Assembly: GCA_965153285.1 (NCBI GenBank)
Contig: OZ229116.1
Source of the DNA: Podarcis tiliguerta
Lineage: Eukaryota
Strand: one strand, 5' to 3'
Length of the DNA stretch: 64,000 bases
Shown: positions 24,429-36,600 of the stretch, in pieces
Layout: each line of letters opens with the position of its first letter
Numbering within the stretch: position 1 is the first letter of the stretch
Translations under genes and position numbers: made by a program
The notes under the pieces: generated by a model
Database searches by the model: none
What the model was told of the DNA's origin: nothing
What the model saw: only the letters and a program-made list of their open reading frames with translations

Positions 24429-27349
24429 GTGGGGGAGGGAGACAGTGCTCCTGAAGGTAGGAGTCTATCAATTGATGAAGATGATCATCCAAATGTCATA
24501 GACCAAATGGAGCAAACAGCAAGCAGACCTAGTGGTGGGAGGAAAAAATCCTTAAATAAGAGACACGGGGGAATGACTAATGGACTTCAATGTCTGTACA
24601 CTAATGCACAAAGCATGGGAAATAAACAAGATGAGCTTGAGCTCTTGGTACAGCAAACTAAATATGACATAATAGGCATCACTGAAACCTGGTGGGATAA
24701 GTCCCACGATTGGAATGTAAAAATGGAGGGATACAATCTATTTCAGAGAAACAGACCAGACAAGAAAGGAGGAGGAGTGGCGTTATATGTCAGGGATGTG
24801 TATACCTGTGAAGAGATCCAAGATTTAGAACCTCAAAGCCAAAGTGAGAGCATTTGGGTCAAAATTAAGGGAGAGAAGAATAACAGTGACCTCATTGTGG
24901 GAGTTTACTATAGATCCCCAAGCCAAACGGAGGACATAGATGATGCCTTCCTGGAACAGATGGCCAAGCAAGCAAAAGGAAGGGAGATAGTGGTAATGGG
25001 GGACTTCAATTACCCAGATATTTGTTGGATGTCAAACTCAGCCAAGAGCATAAGGTCAAACAGATTCCTCACTGGCCTTGCAGACAACTTCATTGTCCAG
25101 AAAGTGGGAGAAGCAACAAGAGGAACAGCCATTTTAGATCTGGTCCTAACCAATGTCGATGACCTGGTTAATGGGGTAGAAGTGGAAGGATCATTAGGCG
25201 CAAGTGATCATGCTCTTCTGAAGTTTACTATACAGCGGAAAGGAGCAGCCAAGCATACTAGGACTCAATTTCTTGACTTTAAGAAAGCCGACTTCATAAA
25301 ACTTAGGGAAGTGCTGGGTGAGATCCCATGGACAGGAATACTAAAAGGAAAGGGAGTTCATGATGGCTGGGAGTTTGTTAAGAGGGAGATAGTAAAAGCA
25401 CAACTTCAGGCAATACCAATGAGACGGAAACAGGGAAGGTGCCTAAAGAAGCCAGGGTGGCTATCTAAAGAACTTTTAACTGAGTTAAGATTAAAAAAGG
25501 ATGTATACAAAAAATGGAAAAGGGGGGAACCACCAAAGAGGAATTCAAACAAATAGCCAGCACGTGTAGACACAAAGTCAGAAAAGCTAAAGCACAGAAT
25601 GAACTCCGGCTTGCTAGAGAGGTTAAAAGCAACAAAAAAGGCTTTTATGGGTATGTTCGTAGCAAAAGGAAGAACAAAGAAACAGTGGGGTCACTCAGAG
25701 GAGAAGATGGTGAAATGCAAACAGGGGACACAGAAAGGGCTGAACTCCTCAATGCCTTCTTTGCCTCAGTCTTCTCCGATAAAGAAAACAATGCCCGACC
25801 TGAAGAATTTGGAGCAAATGATTCAGCAGAGAAAACACAGCCCAGAATAACTAAGGAGATAGTACAAGAATACTTGGCTAGTTTAGATGTATTCAAGTCT
25901 CCAGGGCCAGATGAACTGCATCCAAGAGTATTAAAAGAACTGGCAGATGTGATCTCAGAACCACTGGCAATCATCTTTGAGAATTCCTGGAGAACAGGCG
26001 AAGTCCCAGCAGACTGGAGGAGGGCAAATGTTGTCCCTATTTTCAAAAAGGGGAAAAGAGAGGACCCAAATAATTACCGCCCAGTCAGTCTGACATCAAT
26101 ACCAGGGAAGATTCTGGAGCAGATCATTAAGCGAACAGTCTGTGAGCACCTAGAAAGGAATGCTGTGATCACCAATAGTCAGCATGGATTTCTGAAAAAT
26201 AAGTCATGTCAGACGAACCTGATCTCATTTTTTGACAGAATTACAAGCCTGGTAGATGAAGGGAATGCAGTGGATGTAGTCTACTTTGATTTCAGCAAGG
26301 CATTTGACAAGGTGCCCCATGATATTCTTGTAAAGAAGCTGGTAAAATGCGGTCTTGACTCTGCTACCACTCAATGGATTTGTAACTGGCTGACTGACCG
26401 GACCCAAAGGGTGCTCATCAATGGTTCCTCTTCATCCTGGAGAAGAGTGACTAGTGGGGTGCCACAGGGTTCTGTCTTGGGCCCAGTCTTATTCAACATC
26501 TTTATCAACGACTTGGATGATGGACTCAAGGGCATCCTGATCAAATTTGCAGATGACACCAAACTGGGAGGGGTGGCTAACACCCCAGAGGACAGGATCA
26601 CACTTCAAAATGACCTTGACAGATTAGAGAACTGGGCCAAAACAAACAAGATGAATTTTAACAGGGAGAAATGTAAAGTATTGCACTTGGGCAAAAAAAA
26701 TGAGAGGCACAAATACAAGATGGGTGACACCTGGCTTGAGAGCAGTACATGTGAAAAGGATCTAGGAGTCTTGGTTGACCACAAACTTGACATGAGCCAA
26801 CAGTGTGACGCGGCAGCTAAAAAAGCCAATGCAATTCTGGGCTGCATCAATAGGAGTATAGCATCTAGATCAAGGGAAGTTATAGTGCCACTGTATTCTG
26901 CTCTGGTCAGACCTCACCTGGAGTACTGTGTCCAGTTCTGGGCACCACAGTTCAAGAAGGACACTGACAAACTGGAACGTGTCCAGAGGAGGGCAACCAA
27001 AATGGTCAAAGGCCTGGAAACGATGCCTTATGAGGAACGGCTAAGGGAGCTGGGCATGTTTAGCCTGGAGAAGAGGAGGGTAAGGGGTGATATGATAGCC
27101 ATGTTCAAATATATAAAAGGATGTCACATAGAGGAGGGAGAAAGGTTGTTTTCTGCTGCTCCAGAGAAGCGGACACGGAGCAATGGATCCAAACTACAAG
27201 AAAGAAGATTCCACCTAAACATTAGGAAGAACTTCCTGACAGTAAGAGCTGTTCGACAGTGGAATTTGCTGCCAAGGAGTGTGGTGGAGTCTCCTTCTTT
27301 GGAGGTCTTTAAGCAGAAGCTTGACAACCATATGTCAGGAGTGCTCTGA
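24429..27349 (+). pseudogene. CR1 ORF2 (APE endonuclease + reverse transcriptase) with a single frameshift at about 25528
   Basis: CLYTNAQS...IGITETWW...MGDFNYP...SDH (APE); YRPVSLTS...DFSKAFD...[10 protein letters not shown]...KFADD (RT). The 375-aa and 611-aa ORFs overlap at KWKRGE/TTKEEF. Confidence 0.93.
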
Positions 27350-28049
27350 TCGTGTTTCCTGCTTGGCAGGGGGTTGGACTCGATGGCCCTTGTGGTCTCT
27401 TCCAACTCTATGATTCTATGATTCTATGATTCTATGATTCTATGATTCTACTTGGCCTCATTTTCTTCGGTTTGAGTTGATATTATATAATCAGAGTTAT
27501 TTTAAAGCTTGTTCCCCCGAGATGCCCGGAGCTCAGTTGAGGCCACCTGTTCTAACTGTGTGCTCTGAGAACCGACTGAGCAACACGTCGATCACAGCTG
27601 CCGTTTGTCATTCTCCAGGCGCCAGAGCCATCTACGTTACTCAGTTTCAATCACACATGGGTTGGAAGCCATATAAGCAGCACTTTCTCCTACCTTTGCA
27701 TTCATCTTTTTTCCCCTTTTTGCATAGCCTGCCTCACCTTTCAGTGCCCACAAGAGCCCACCTGAAACACAAGCACACAAGCTTGTGTGCTACAGAGGTC
27801 ATGAAAATGTGTTATTTTCAAAACGTGGCCTGTTCTGGGTGCCTGCCAGGTTAGGATATATGAGACTAGCAGCAAAATATATTTGTGTTTAAGTTTCAGA
27901 TGGGTTGGCACAGACCAAGGAATTCCTACTAACCTACAGCACCCAGCAGCAAGTACCTCATTAAAGGAAAAAAAACCCCAAATGATTTACATAGAACTGA
28001 TAAGCCGAAATAATTCACTGTAGATATAGTATAGTCTGTGGAAAGCTCT

Positions 28050-28280
28050 CCACTGGGAAGTTCGTCTGGCGCCTTCATTATACACCTTTAGGCACCAGGT
28101 AAAAACGTTCCTTTTTAACCAGGCCTTTGGTTGACCTAATCAACATCCCATACTCTTTTAAAATGTGGCTTTTTTGGGGGGGGGTATTATTGGGTTATTG
28201 CTTTTGTTTTTATTTTATATACTGTGATCTTTTTATGTGAACCGCCCTGAGACCTCTGAGTATAGGGCGGTATATAAACA
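28050..28280 (+). mobile_element. L2-type LINE 3' end
   Basis: gtgaaccgccctgag...agggcggtatataaa followed by (AAC)n; related ends at 28975-29050 and 29930-30055. Confidence 0.65.
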
Positions 28281-28554
28281 ACAACAACAACAACAACAAT
28301 GATGGCAACTTGAACAATCACATGTCAGTTTACCCAGAACAAAGTAGGCATTGGAGAATCTGTCAATTTTGGTTTCTCCTAGTCTCTCTCTCTCCCCCCC
28401 CCCCCCATTTTAAGTTCAGTTCTACACATTTCCACATCAGTTTGAAGTAGTTTTTTTTAAAAAAAAAAACAAAAACTTTTTTATTTAAATATGACTGTGT
28501 TTCAGTTCACATATTGTTTTGGAAAATACAAACGTGGCATCTTCTCCTTTAAAA

Positions 28555-28700
28555 GTGAATTGAGTTTAATTTCTTCCTCATCCTTCCTCTTTGTGACTTG
28601 GGAAACCATGATTGTATTAACGCAGCCTAAAACCACGCCAGCCTTTTCTGACGCTGCAACACACTGCTGACAAATATTTAGCTTCAGATCAACCACAGTC
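28555..28700 (-). mobile_element. Old CR1 fragment
   Basis: VDLKLNICQQCVAASEKAGVVLGCVN resembles [26 protein letters not shown]. Confidence 0.7.
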
Positions 28701-29192
28701 CTATTTTACCAATATAAGATGTAATAACAAAAACATAATCAAGCAATGGTTAGAGAAGGAAGCTTCTGCAGATCAGCAGTGGGGACCCTGTGGCTCTCCA
28801 CACAGAGGCGGCCATGCTGTGCACCCGGGGGGGGGCAGGGCGAGCCCCCCCACGGTGTGCCTTTTTGTCACCCCCCTCAGGGATGACACCCGGGGCGGAC
28901 CGCCCTCACCCCCCCCTCCTACACCCGTCTCCATACATTGTTGGACTCTAATCCCTTTACAAAATGTTGTACTATTTTATTGTTGTTAGCCGCCCTGAGC
29001 CCGGCTTCGGCTGGGGAGGGCGGGATATAATTAAAATTTATTATTATTATTAGCCACAACCAGCATGGGAAGGATCAAACAGACTCTCTCATTTTGTTGA
29101 ACTGTACCAAGTTTTTTTCTTAAAAATGAAACCAGTCAGCCCCCTATCTTTTTACATATTTGATGATAACCAACCACAGGGAAGACAATATA

Positions 29193-29451
29193 CCGTATTT
29201 TTTGCTCTATAAGACTCACTTTTTCCCTCCTAAAAATTAAGGGAAAATGTGTGTGCGTCTTATGGAGCGAATGCAGGCTGCGCAGCTATCCCAGAAGCCA
29301 GAACAGCAAGAGGGATTGCTGCTTTCGCTGCGCAGCGATCCCTCTTGCTGCTCTGGCTTCTGAGATTCAGAATATTTTGTTTCTTGTTTTCCTCCTCCAA
29401 AAACTAGGTGCGTCTTGTGGTCTGGTGCGTCTTATAGAGTGAAAAATACGG
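29193..29451. mobile_element. Tc1/mariner-type MITE with an internal hairpin
   Basis: TA|CCGTATTTTT..CTCTATAAGAC...GTCTTATAGAG..AAAAATACGG|TA. Confidence 0.88.
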
Positions 29452-30162
29452 TACTTAAAATTCTGAATGCCTGGCATCTGCAAACAATATCCTAAGCCTA
29501 TTTCATGTTATCTTATTTACATTCCTGTGTCCAGACAACCCATGTTTTGGTTAGCAGGATATTGCACGCAGGATTTGAGATAGAGCTACGAGCAAAGGTT
29601 GCTTAATGTTCCTAACTATATTCTTGGCTCCAGGGCAGAAATCTTAGAAGGAAGGAACTGGGAGAAGATAAGAAGAAACTGGGTCATTGTGACTCTGTCC
29701 TGAATACAAAAAAGATAGCAAGCAGTGAAGCTATTCATTTAAGTCATTAGACAAGATATGAGGCCTTTATTTTAGTACTGTTGAAATGTTAGTGTTCTTC
29801 CTCTGAACAGCAGAATGAATGCTCTGGACCTTTTCCTTCTTAAGCATTTTTTTTTATATTTTCCATCAAATAATATAGAAAATATACAAAAAGTATTTTC
29901 AAGACAGGAAAACCTCTATATAAATAGAGGATATTGGGTTGTTGTTGTTTTATTTTGATTATGTACTTTGTGGTTTCATATTCTGATTTTATTCTGTGAA
30001 CCACCTGAGACCTGCAGATATAGGGCTGTATATAAATTCAATTAATAATAATAATAAAACTTCAAATTATACATTGTCTTCCAAAATCCCACAAAAGGGG
30101 ACATTTGGTCCAAGTCTCGAAGCATTGTCTGCCTTGTAAACATTGTAATCAAACACATTCTC

Positions 30163-30521
30163 TCTTTTTTAAAAAATAATTTTTATTAACCGACCAATCA
30201 AATCACATCACATAAATTCCGAATTACAAAGCCGAATTTTAATTTTTTGTTGAGGGGACCCATATTTCAAGATCCGAAGGGGGATTCTGATCATCTTCTT
30301 GCTACTGCGTTAATATCCAAATCAGTCCAAATAAAGTTCATAATTCTATCCAGTCTTATCTTACTGTTTCCACATCTCATCTTGTTCGTATATTTTTTCT
30401 TTTTTTCTTTATGTTCTCTTCTGATAATCTCCTTAAGCAGATAAACACCAATTATATCCTGTGTGAATTTTTCCGTTCGTCCAATCCTCGTATCGAGATG
30501 GTTTCCATATATCATCACTCA
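30163..30521 (-). mobile_element. Retrotransposed insertion, probably an L1-clade 3'UTR fragment
   Basis: 19-bp TSD tgtaatc[a/g]aacacattctc (30144-30162, 30522-30540); AATAAA and an A-rich tail on the minus strand at the left end. Confidence 0.7.
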
Positions 30522-30926
30522 TGTAATCGAACACATTCTCAGCTCAGGTCTTTCTAATTTCCCTGCTTGAATCAACCACCTTTTAAAGGAAATAGTAGGA
30601 TGACGTAATTTTTTTAATGGTCAACATTCTTGCTGTCATTGTTTGGTTTCAAAGTAACTCACAATGCTCTTGATATATTGACCGGACAGTATTAAAAGAG
30701 GATCTGAAGCTACCATTAGGCTTATTGTGTGCACAATTTTGCTTCTCCTTGGTAGGTGGTTCTCCAATACATGGGAAAATAAACACATTTTGAGCTTTAG
30801 ATAAATTTCCTTTGACGAAGAGGGCACTGATGGGCTCTTCCTTTATAAATATCTGCTTACTTACAGATGTAGTCTGAGCCAGAACATAGATGCAAGCATA
30901 GAAGTAGTCCCCTAAAGGCACAGCAA

Positions 30927-31180
30927 CAACAACAAGAAGAAGAGTTTGGATTTGATATCCCGCTTTATCACTACCCTAAGGAGTCTCAAAGCGGCTAACA
31001 TTCTCCTTTCCCTTCCTCCCCCACAACAAATACTCTGTGAGGTGAGTGGGGCTGAGAGACTTCAGAGAAGTGTGACTGGCCCAAGGTCACCTAGCAGCTG
31101 CATGTGGAGCAGCAGGGAATCGAACCCGGTTCACCAGATTACAAGTCAACCGCTCTTAACCACTACACCACACTGGCTCT
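30927..31180 (-). mobile_element. tRNA-derived squamate SINE (second family)
   Basis: Reverse complement starts AGAGCCAGTGTGGTGTAGTGGTTAAGAG (A-box) followed by GGTTCGATTCC (B-box); simple-repeat tail; second copy at 37705-37966. Confidence 0.85.
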
Positions 31181-31859
31181 CAGCAGGTTCAAAACTGCCT
31201 CCCAGATTTGCTGCTTCATGCAGCTTTCTCACATTGCCTGATGCTTAGAAAGCATCACTGCCCAAGCCCCAGAAAGTCTTCATCCATTACATGTCCTTGA
31301 AGACAGTTCAGCACTTGCTGTATTTATTTACTCAGCCAACAGCCTCTCCACTGATTTCAAAGCCAAAGGGATGTTTGTTCTTTCTGTTAAAGATATATAT
31401 TAGGGAAACAATTGTTTTGCAATACAGTGCTGTTGAAAATGTATCTCAGCAGGGGAAGATTGTTAATGGCGGTTTCTACACTGTGTGGTGCCATTAAGTG
31501 TTCATGCCCATGTGTTCTTCTGTTTGTGTACTAGAGACAATTTATTTGCATCCAGAGATTTAACTTCTAGAAAGAGAGCTGAATGCTGAAGAAGAAGAAT
31601 GCCAGCATCTCACGCTAACAAAATACGGACATCTCCCAAAGACCAGTGGTTAAACCAGGAGTTAGGGACTGTTGGGCTTAATGCCTTTTGTCTAAATAGG
31701 GCAGGGATTGGGGAGCCAGTGGCCCTATGTGTGTTGTTGGACTCCAACTCCCATCAGCCTCAATGGCCAATGGTTAGGGATGATGGGAGTTGTAGTCCAG
31801 GAACATCTGGAGGGGCGTAGATTCCCCATACCTGGAACAGGGCGACCTGGTATCCAAAT

Positions 31860-32704
31860 CTTGACCCAAATCTCTTTTCTGATGAGAGCAGCTTTTGCAT
31901 CTCATTTGGAAACCAAGGACCCAGTGTCTGGAGGAAGAATGGGGAGGCACACAATGCCAGATGCTTGAAGTCCAGTGTGAAGTTTCCACAGTCTGTGTTG
32001 ATTTGGGGAGCCATGGCATCAGCTGGTGTTGGTCCACTGTGCTTCATTAAGTCCAGGGTCAACACAGCCATCTTCCAGATTTTGGAGCACTTCATGCTTC
32101 CTTCCGCAGATGAGCTTTATGGGGATGTTGACTTCATTTTCCAGCAGGACTTTGGCACCTGCCCACACTGCCAAAAGTTCCAAAATGCCCATGGGATTAC
32201 TGTGCTTGATTGGCCAGCAAACTCGCCTGACCTGAACCCCATAGAGAATCTATGGGGCATTGCCAAGAGAAAGATGAGAGACATGAGACCAAGCAATGCA
32301 GAAGAGCTGAAGGCTGCTATTGAAGCATCCTGGTCTTCCATAACACCTCAGCAGTGCCACAGGCTGATAGCATCCATGCCATGCCGCATTGAGGCAGTAA
32401 TTGATGCAAAATGGGCCCAAACCAAGTACTGAGTACATATGCATGTTTCTACTTCTCAGAGGTGCAATATTGCTCTATTTGCAGCCCTTGTTTTACTGAT
32501 TTCATTTAATATTCTAATTTTCTGAGATTGTTAATTTGGGGTTCAGCTGTACGCCATGATCATCACAATTATAACAAATAAAGGCTTGACATATCTTGCT
32601 TTGCATGTCATGAGTCTATCTCATATATTAGTTTTACCTTTTAAGTTGAATTACTGAAATAAATGAACATTTCCACGATAGTCTAATTTTCCAAGTTTCA
32701 CCTG
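31860..32704 (+). mobile_element. Tc1/mariner (Tc1-type) transposon remnant: transposase catalytic domain plus right TIR
   Basis: FSDESSFC...VWRKNGE...VKFPQSVLIWG...FQQD...WPANSPDLNPIENLWG; ends ...agtttcacctg|TA. The N-terminal half and left TIR are missing. Confidence 0.93.
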
Positions 32705-35159
32705 TAGGTTCATCCTTACCCAGTCACCATAGAAGAGAGCTAAAAGGCTTGCAAACCAATCCACACGTATTTTTGTTGGTTCAGCCTCAAAATTAGACAT
32801 AAAGAGGTAATGATGGTATCTCAAAATCGCCCTTATCCATTGCACTTGTTCCCTCCACCAGAACATGGAGTTAACTGCTGTGCCCTGTGCTCTTGTAAAC
32901 CAAACTATTGCAATGTACTTTGATTGGGGTTGACCTTGAAGAGTGCTTGAAAGTACCAGCTGCTGCAGGATTTGGCAGCTCACTGCTAGATGGGCATGGG
33001 CTGCCAGACTTATTTAAGATTTATTTTTAAACTGCATTATTTCACTTCTGGACACTCTTCAAGGGGCTGGCTTTGACCTGTAATGTTCTGGGACATGTAA
33101 ATTGTAGGGAATTTCTCTCCCTGTGCAAACTGTCCTGAAACCAATTTAAATTCACTGAGGAAGCTTTGCTTTGGGTTCATGTTTGCACCATCTCACATCT
33201 CTGAAACTTGTCAGTCTTGAGATTTTAACGAGTGAACATTTCAAGACAGGCATTTAGTGACCTGATTTGATGGTTTCCCCCTATTATTATTTCATGGTAT
33301 TGAAGCCTTCCTCATTTTGTTGCATTTTTAATTTTATGTAATTATAAGCTCAACTGATTTTGTTTTAAGAAGGGCAAGTGGGGTGTGGGGGAGAAAGGAG
33401 CAGTGTTTTTTTTGTTTTGTTTTCAGAGGATCTTGCTGTAGTGGATTGGCTTAGACAAGATCACTTACAGGTCATTTTCAACACTCTGATCCCAAGGCAT
33501 AAATATACCACCCATTTCTTCTTTTTAAATAATGGTGAAAAAGTATTCAAAATTTTCTAAACAATTTATAACTAAGTGTTCTTTATATGAACTTTTAAGC
33601 ATATGTTGTAGTGGCATTTGCCAGAGAGATGTCGTTTTCCAAGGGCCCCAAGCCTAGTATGCATGGCATTCTGAATTTAATCTACTCGATGACTCATCGA
33701 CAGTACAGGGCACAGGCAGGAACTCTGCTGCAGTGGAAATGCTCATTTCCTCAATTACTCATAAGTAAAATATGTTGCGAGCACAGCCTAGTAAACATAT
33801 TAGGAATGTGAAGTTTACTCTGCCAGAATTATTTTAAAGAGGCACTGAACGTTTTATACTGAATGGGAAAAAGGAAAGAGCCAGTTGTTATAGTAAGGAT
33901 GCACACAGAAGCAGTGTGAGGAACTGATGGAAATGCAGTCTGATGGAGGCTGCTTGCGTGAGGTGCCTCTTGGTGTGCTTTCTAAAATTCTCACCTTGCT
34001 CTTGCAACGGCTTCAAGGCAGGGGGAGAAATTCAAGTGGCCATTTTCACAACTGCTAGCAAATAAAAAACAACCCTAAATAATCTTTTTTTAAATATACA
34101 GCTTGTATAGACTAATGCATGCTCTCCTACATGACTAAAATTAAAATGGGCCGAACTCTTTGGAAACCCAATTCTGTAATCTGAACACACTGTTAATGGT
34201 GCACGTGTAAATATTGTCATCATAAATTCAGTTCACCAGATTTCAATGAGTTTGCATTTTAGTGTGCATTGCTGCAGAAAGTCTGCAGAAAGTTCTGAGA
34301 GTCACTGGTTGTAATATTCTCTTTCTGTTAGGCCAGGCATGCCCTGTTTCTAGCCCTTGACTCCTGCAGTGGAGGCCTGTTTTGTTGTCCAAGCCACATC
34401 TACTGTTTAATTAGATCAGCACATTTTTATACTTGTCAGCATTTTTTCTTCTGTGGAAGGTGAAACCCTGTACTCCTTCACCTAATGGATCAGCAAAACT
34501 GTCAGCTAAAAAGCCAAAATTCCAGAATCCTTTTGTTGACAGTACATGAAGCCGATTGGGAAAATACACACAACATTCTTGTTTATACAAAATGCAGGAA
34601 CAGTAGCTAGTCAGTCATGTAGATATGAACTGTGTTTTTCCACTTCAAAGCTGTTTTTAAGAGACCTCCTGATTTATTCCATCTGTGGTTCAAGCCCATA
34701 CAGCAATAACAATAAGAGAGAGAGAGTGGTGAGGGCTGTCCCACACAGGATGAATTTCTTCTCTCATTAATACCTGAAATCAGGAAGTGCTTCAAATGCT
34801 CCTGTTACGAGCTGGGCAACAGCAAAGCTTCACTTGAACTTTATGAAATCACACCTACCTCTGAAACTCTGAAAGCACAGGAACCGACTATCTACATCCA
34901 GTTTGCTTCAGTGCCCCCTGTATTCAATCCAAAAAATTCATTGTACACAGGAACCTGAATCCTCTACCTTTTGATCATTTTCTCCATACACATCCAGCTC
35001 CTACCCACAAATCTTAAAACACTGCACAAGAGATGTACACATACACATATCTGCAAAACTAATGCATGGGTTCAGCTTTAATACTGACAGTGACATCTTT
35101 CTGTATCTTGGCATCCCTTTTAAGGCATGTGAATAATCACTATCCATTACAAGTACAAA

Positions 35160-35165
35160 TTTATT
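35160..35165 (-). terminator. Candidate TMEM67 polyadenylation signal AATAAA
   Basis: First AATAAA seen on the minus strand after the stop (about 135 nt downstream); another lies at about 34673. Confidence 0.4.
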
Positions 35166-35300
35166 TAATCCAAAACAGCAGTTTTCAAGTACACAATATG
35201 AAAGAAAGATTCTACACATGAATATTTACAAAGTACTGCAAGCAAATCCTTTGTGTATGTGTGTCATTTTAAAGCCGTAATTAGTTCCCAGAAAGTCTTT

Positions 35301-35408
<108 letters not shown>

Positions 35409-35720
35409 TTATGGCATAAATTGTACAAAATACTCCATGTGTAGCAGCAAATCCTTATTTGACAGGATGTTAAGCTAATGCTAGATGCTCTTTAATCTCA
35501 TCTAAGGTTACTGTCTTAGATTTGTCAAGTATGATCAATCCAAGTTAAGCACCTCACATAATAAACAGTAACTGGAAAAGGCTGAAAATAAGACTTGTTT
35601 GGTCACTCCAACAGTAATCTGAAAGCAAGCTGCTCTTCATAATGAGGGGGCTGTTTACAATTTATTTCCAGACCACTCTTATAAAAAAGAAACCACAAAT
35701 TTAGTATAACAGAGCTTGTT

Positions 35721-35823
35721 ATCAATTTCAAAACTGTGCTGTCAACTTCAAACATCTTTATTATGGGAAGATCAATTTCAAAACTGTGCTGTCAACTTCA
35801 AACATCTTTATTATGGGAAGATC
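35721..35823. repeat. Perfect 50-bp tandem duplication
   Basis: atcaatttcaaaactgtgctgtcaacttcaaacatctttattatgggaag x2. Confidence 0.97.
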
Positions 35824-35866
35824 TTCATAATCGTCCAGTTAATGTTACAATAGAGATGTGCGACAA

Positions 35867-35896
35867 AAACCAACCAACCAACCAACCAACCAACCA
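35867..35896. repeat. (AACC)n microsatellite
   Basis: About 7 units. Confidence 0.9.
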
Positions 35897-35944
35897 GTGT
35901 TTCTATGGTTTTATTGTTACTTTGGTGTTCGTCGTCAAGGGAGC

Positions 35945-36600
35945 CTAGAAGAGATGCATCAAAGTGGGGCTACTCTTTGGCCTGGTCTGAGGCTCCAGCT
36001 GGTGCAAAACATTGCGACTAGACTGTTGATGGGGACAGAATATGGTCAGTGCATAATTCCAGTGCTCAAAAGCTTGCACTTGTTGCCCATAAGCTACTGG
36101 CTGAGTTCAAAGTTTGTGCATTAATTCACAAGGCCCTGAACAACCTGGGTCCAGAATACCTAATCCCTTATACAGTGGAACCTCTACTCACGACCACAAT
36201 CCATTCCAGAGGCCCATCCTTACGGCAAAACGGGTCGCTGGGAGAGGCGCCGATGTGCGCATGCACGGGCAGCGATTGCCCGCTCCTGCTCATGTGCAAA
36301 CGGTGGCAAACCTGCCGGTTACTCCTGGTTTTGCCCTGGTTGCAACTTGGAACGTCTGCAAGTGGAGGTGGTTGAAAGTAGAGGTTCTAGTATATCCATA
36401 TTTAATCACAGGGGTCTTCAGGGGAGTCACTGTTAGTGGTTCCTCCACAGCTCAGATGCATGGTTCGTATTCAAGAGGAATGGTGTGTTCAGTATTGGTG
36501 GCCCAATTTTGTGGAAGTCCCTTCTGGTTGAGGTCAGACAGCCCCCCCCCCATGAACTTCTTAAGGTTTTTGTTTTTAAATTCCAGGAGGCATTTTAATT
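35945..36600 (+). mobile_element. L2 LINE 3' fragment, interrupted by a MITE
   Basis: LQLVQNIATRLLMG...IIPVLKSLHLLPI...KALNNLGPEYL resembles the L2 ORF2 C-terminus. Confidence 0.75.
36173..36392. mobile_element. Tigger-like MITE nested in an L2 fragment
   Basis: TA|CAGTGGAACCTCTAC...GTAGAGGTTC imperfect TIRs. Confidence 0.7.

Larger units (their letters stand above)
23880..27450 (+). mobile_element. CR1 LINE, about 3.6 kb, 5'-truncated within ORF1
   Basis: ORF1 esterase domain, ORF2 endonuclease plus RT, short 3'UTR and (ATTCTATG)n tail at 27406-27450. The 5' boundary is approximate. Confidence 0.97.

Noticed and set aside
25599-27405. Alternative-frame and antisense ORFs inside the CR1
   Set aside because: By-products of the CR1 ORF2 sequence; the 3' ones recur in the second CR1 copy.
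27406-27450. Short regular repeat array resembling a CRISPR or satellite
   Set aside because: It is the standard (ATTCTATG)n CR1 3' tail; there are no spacers and the DNA is eukaryotic.
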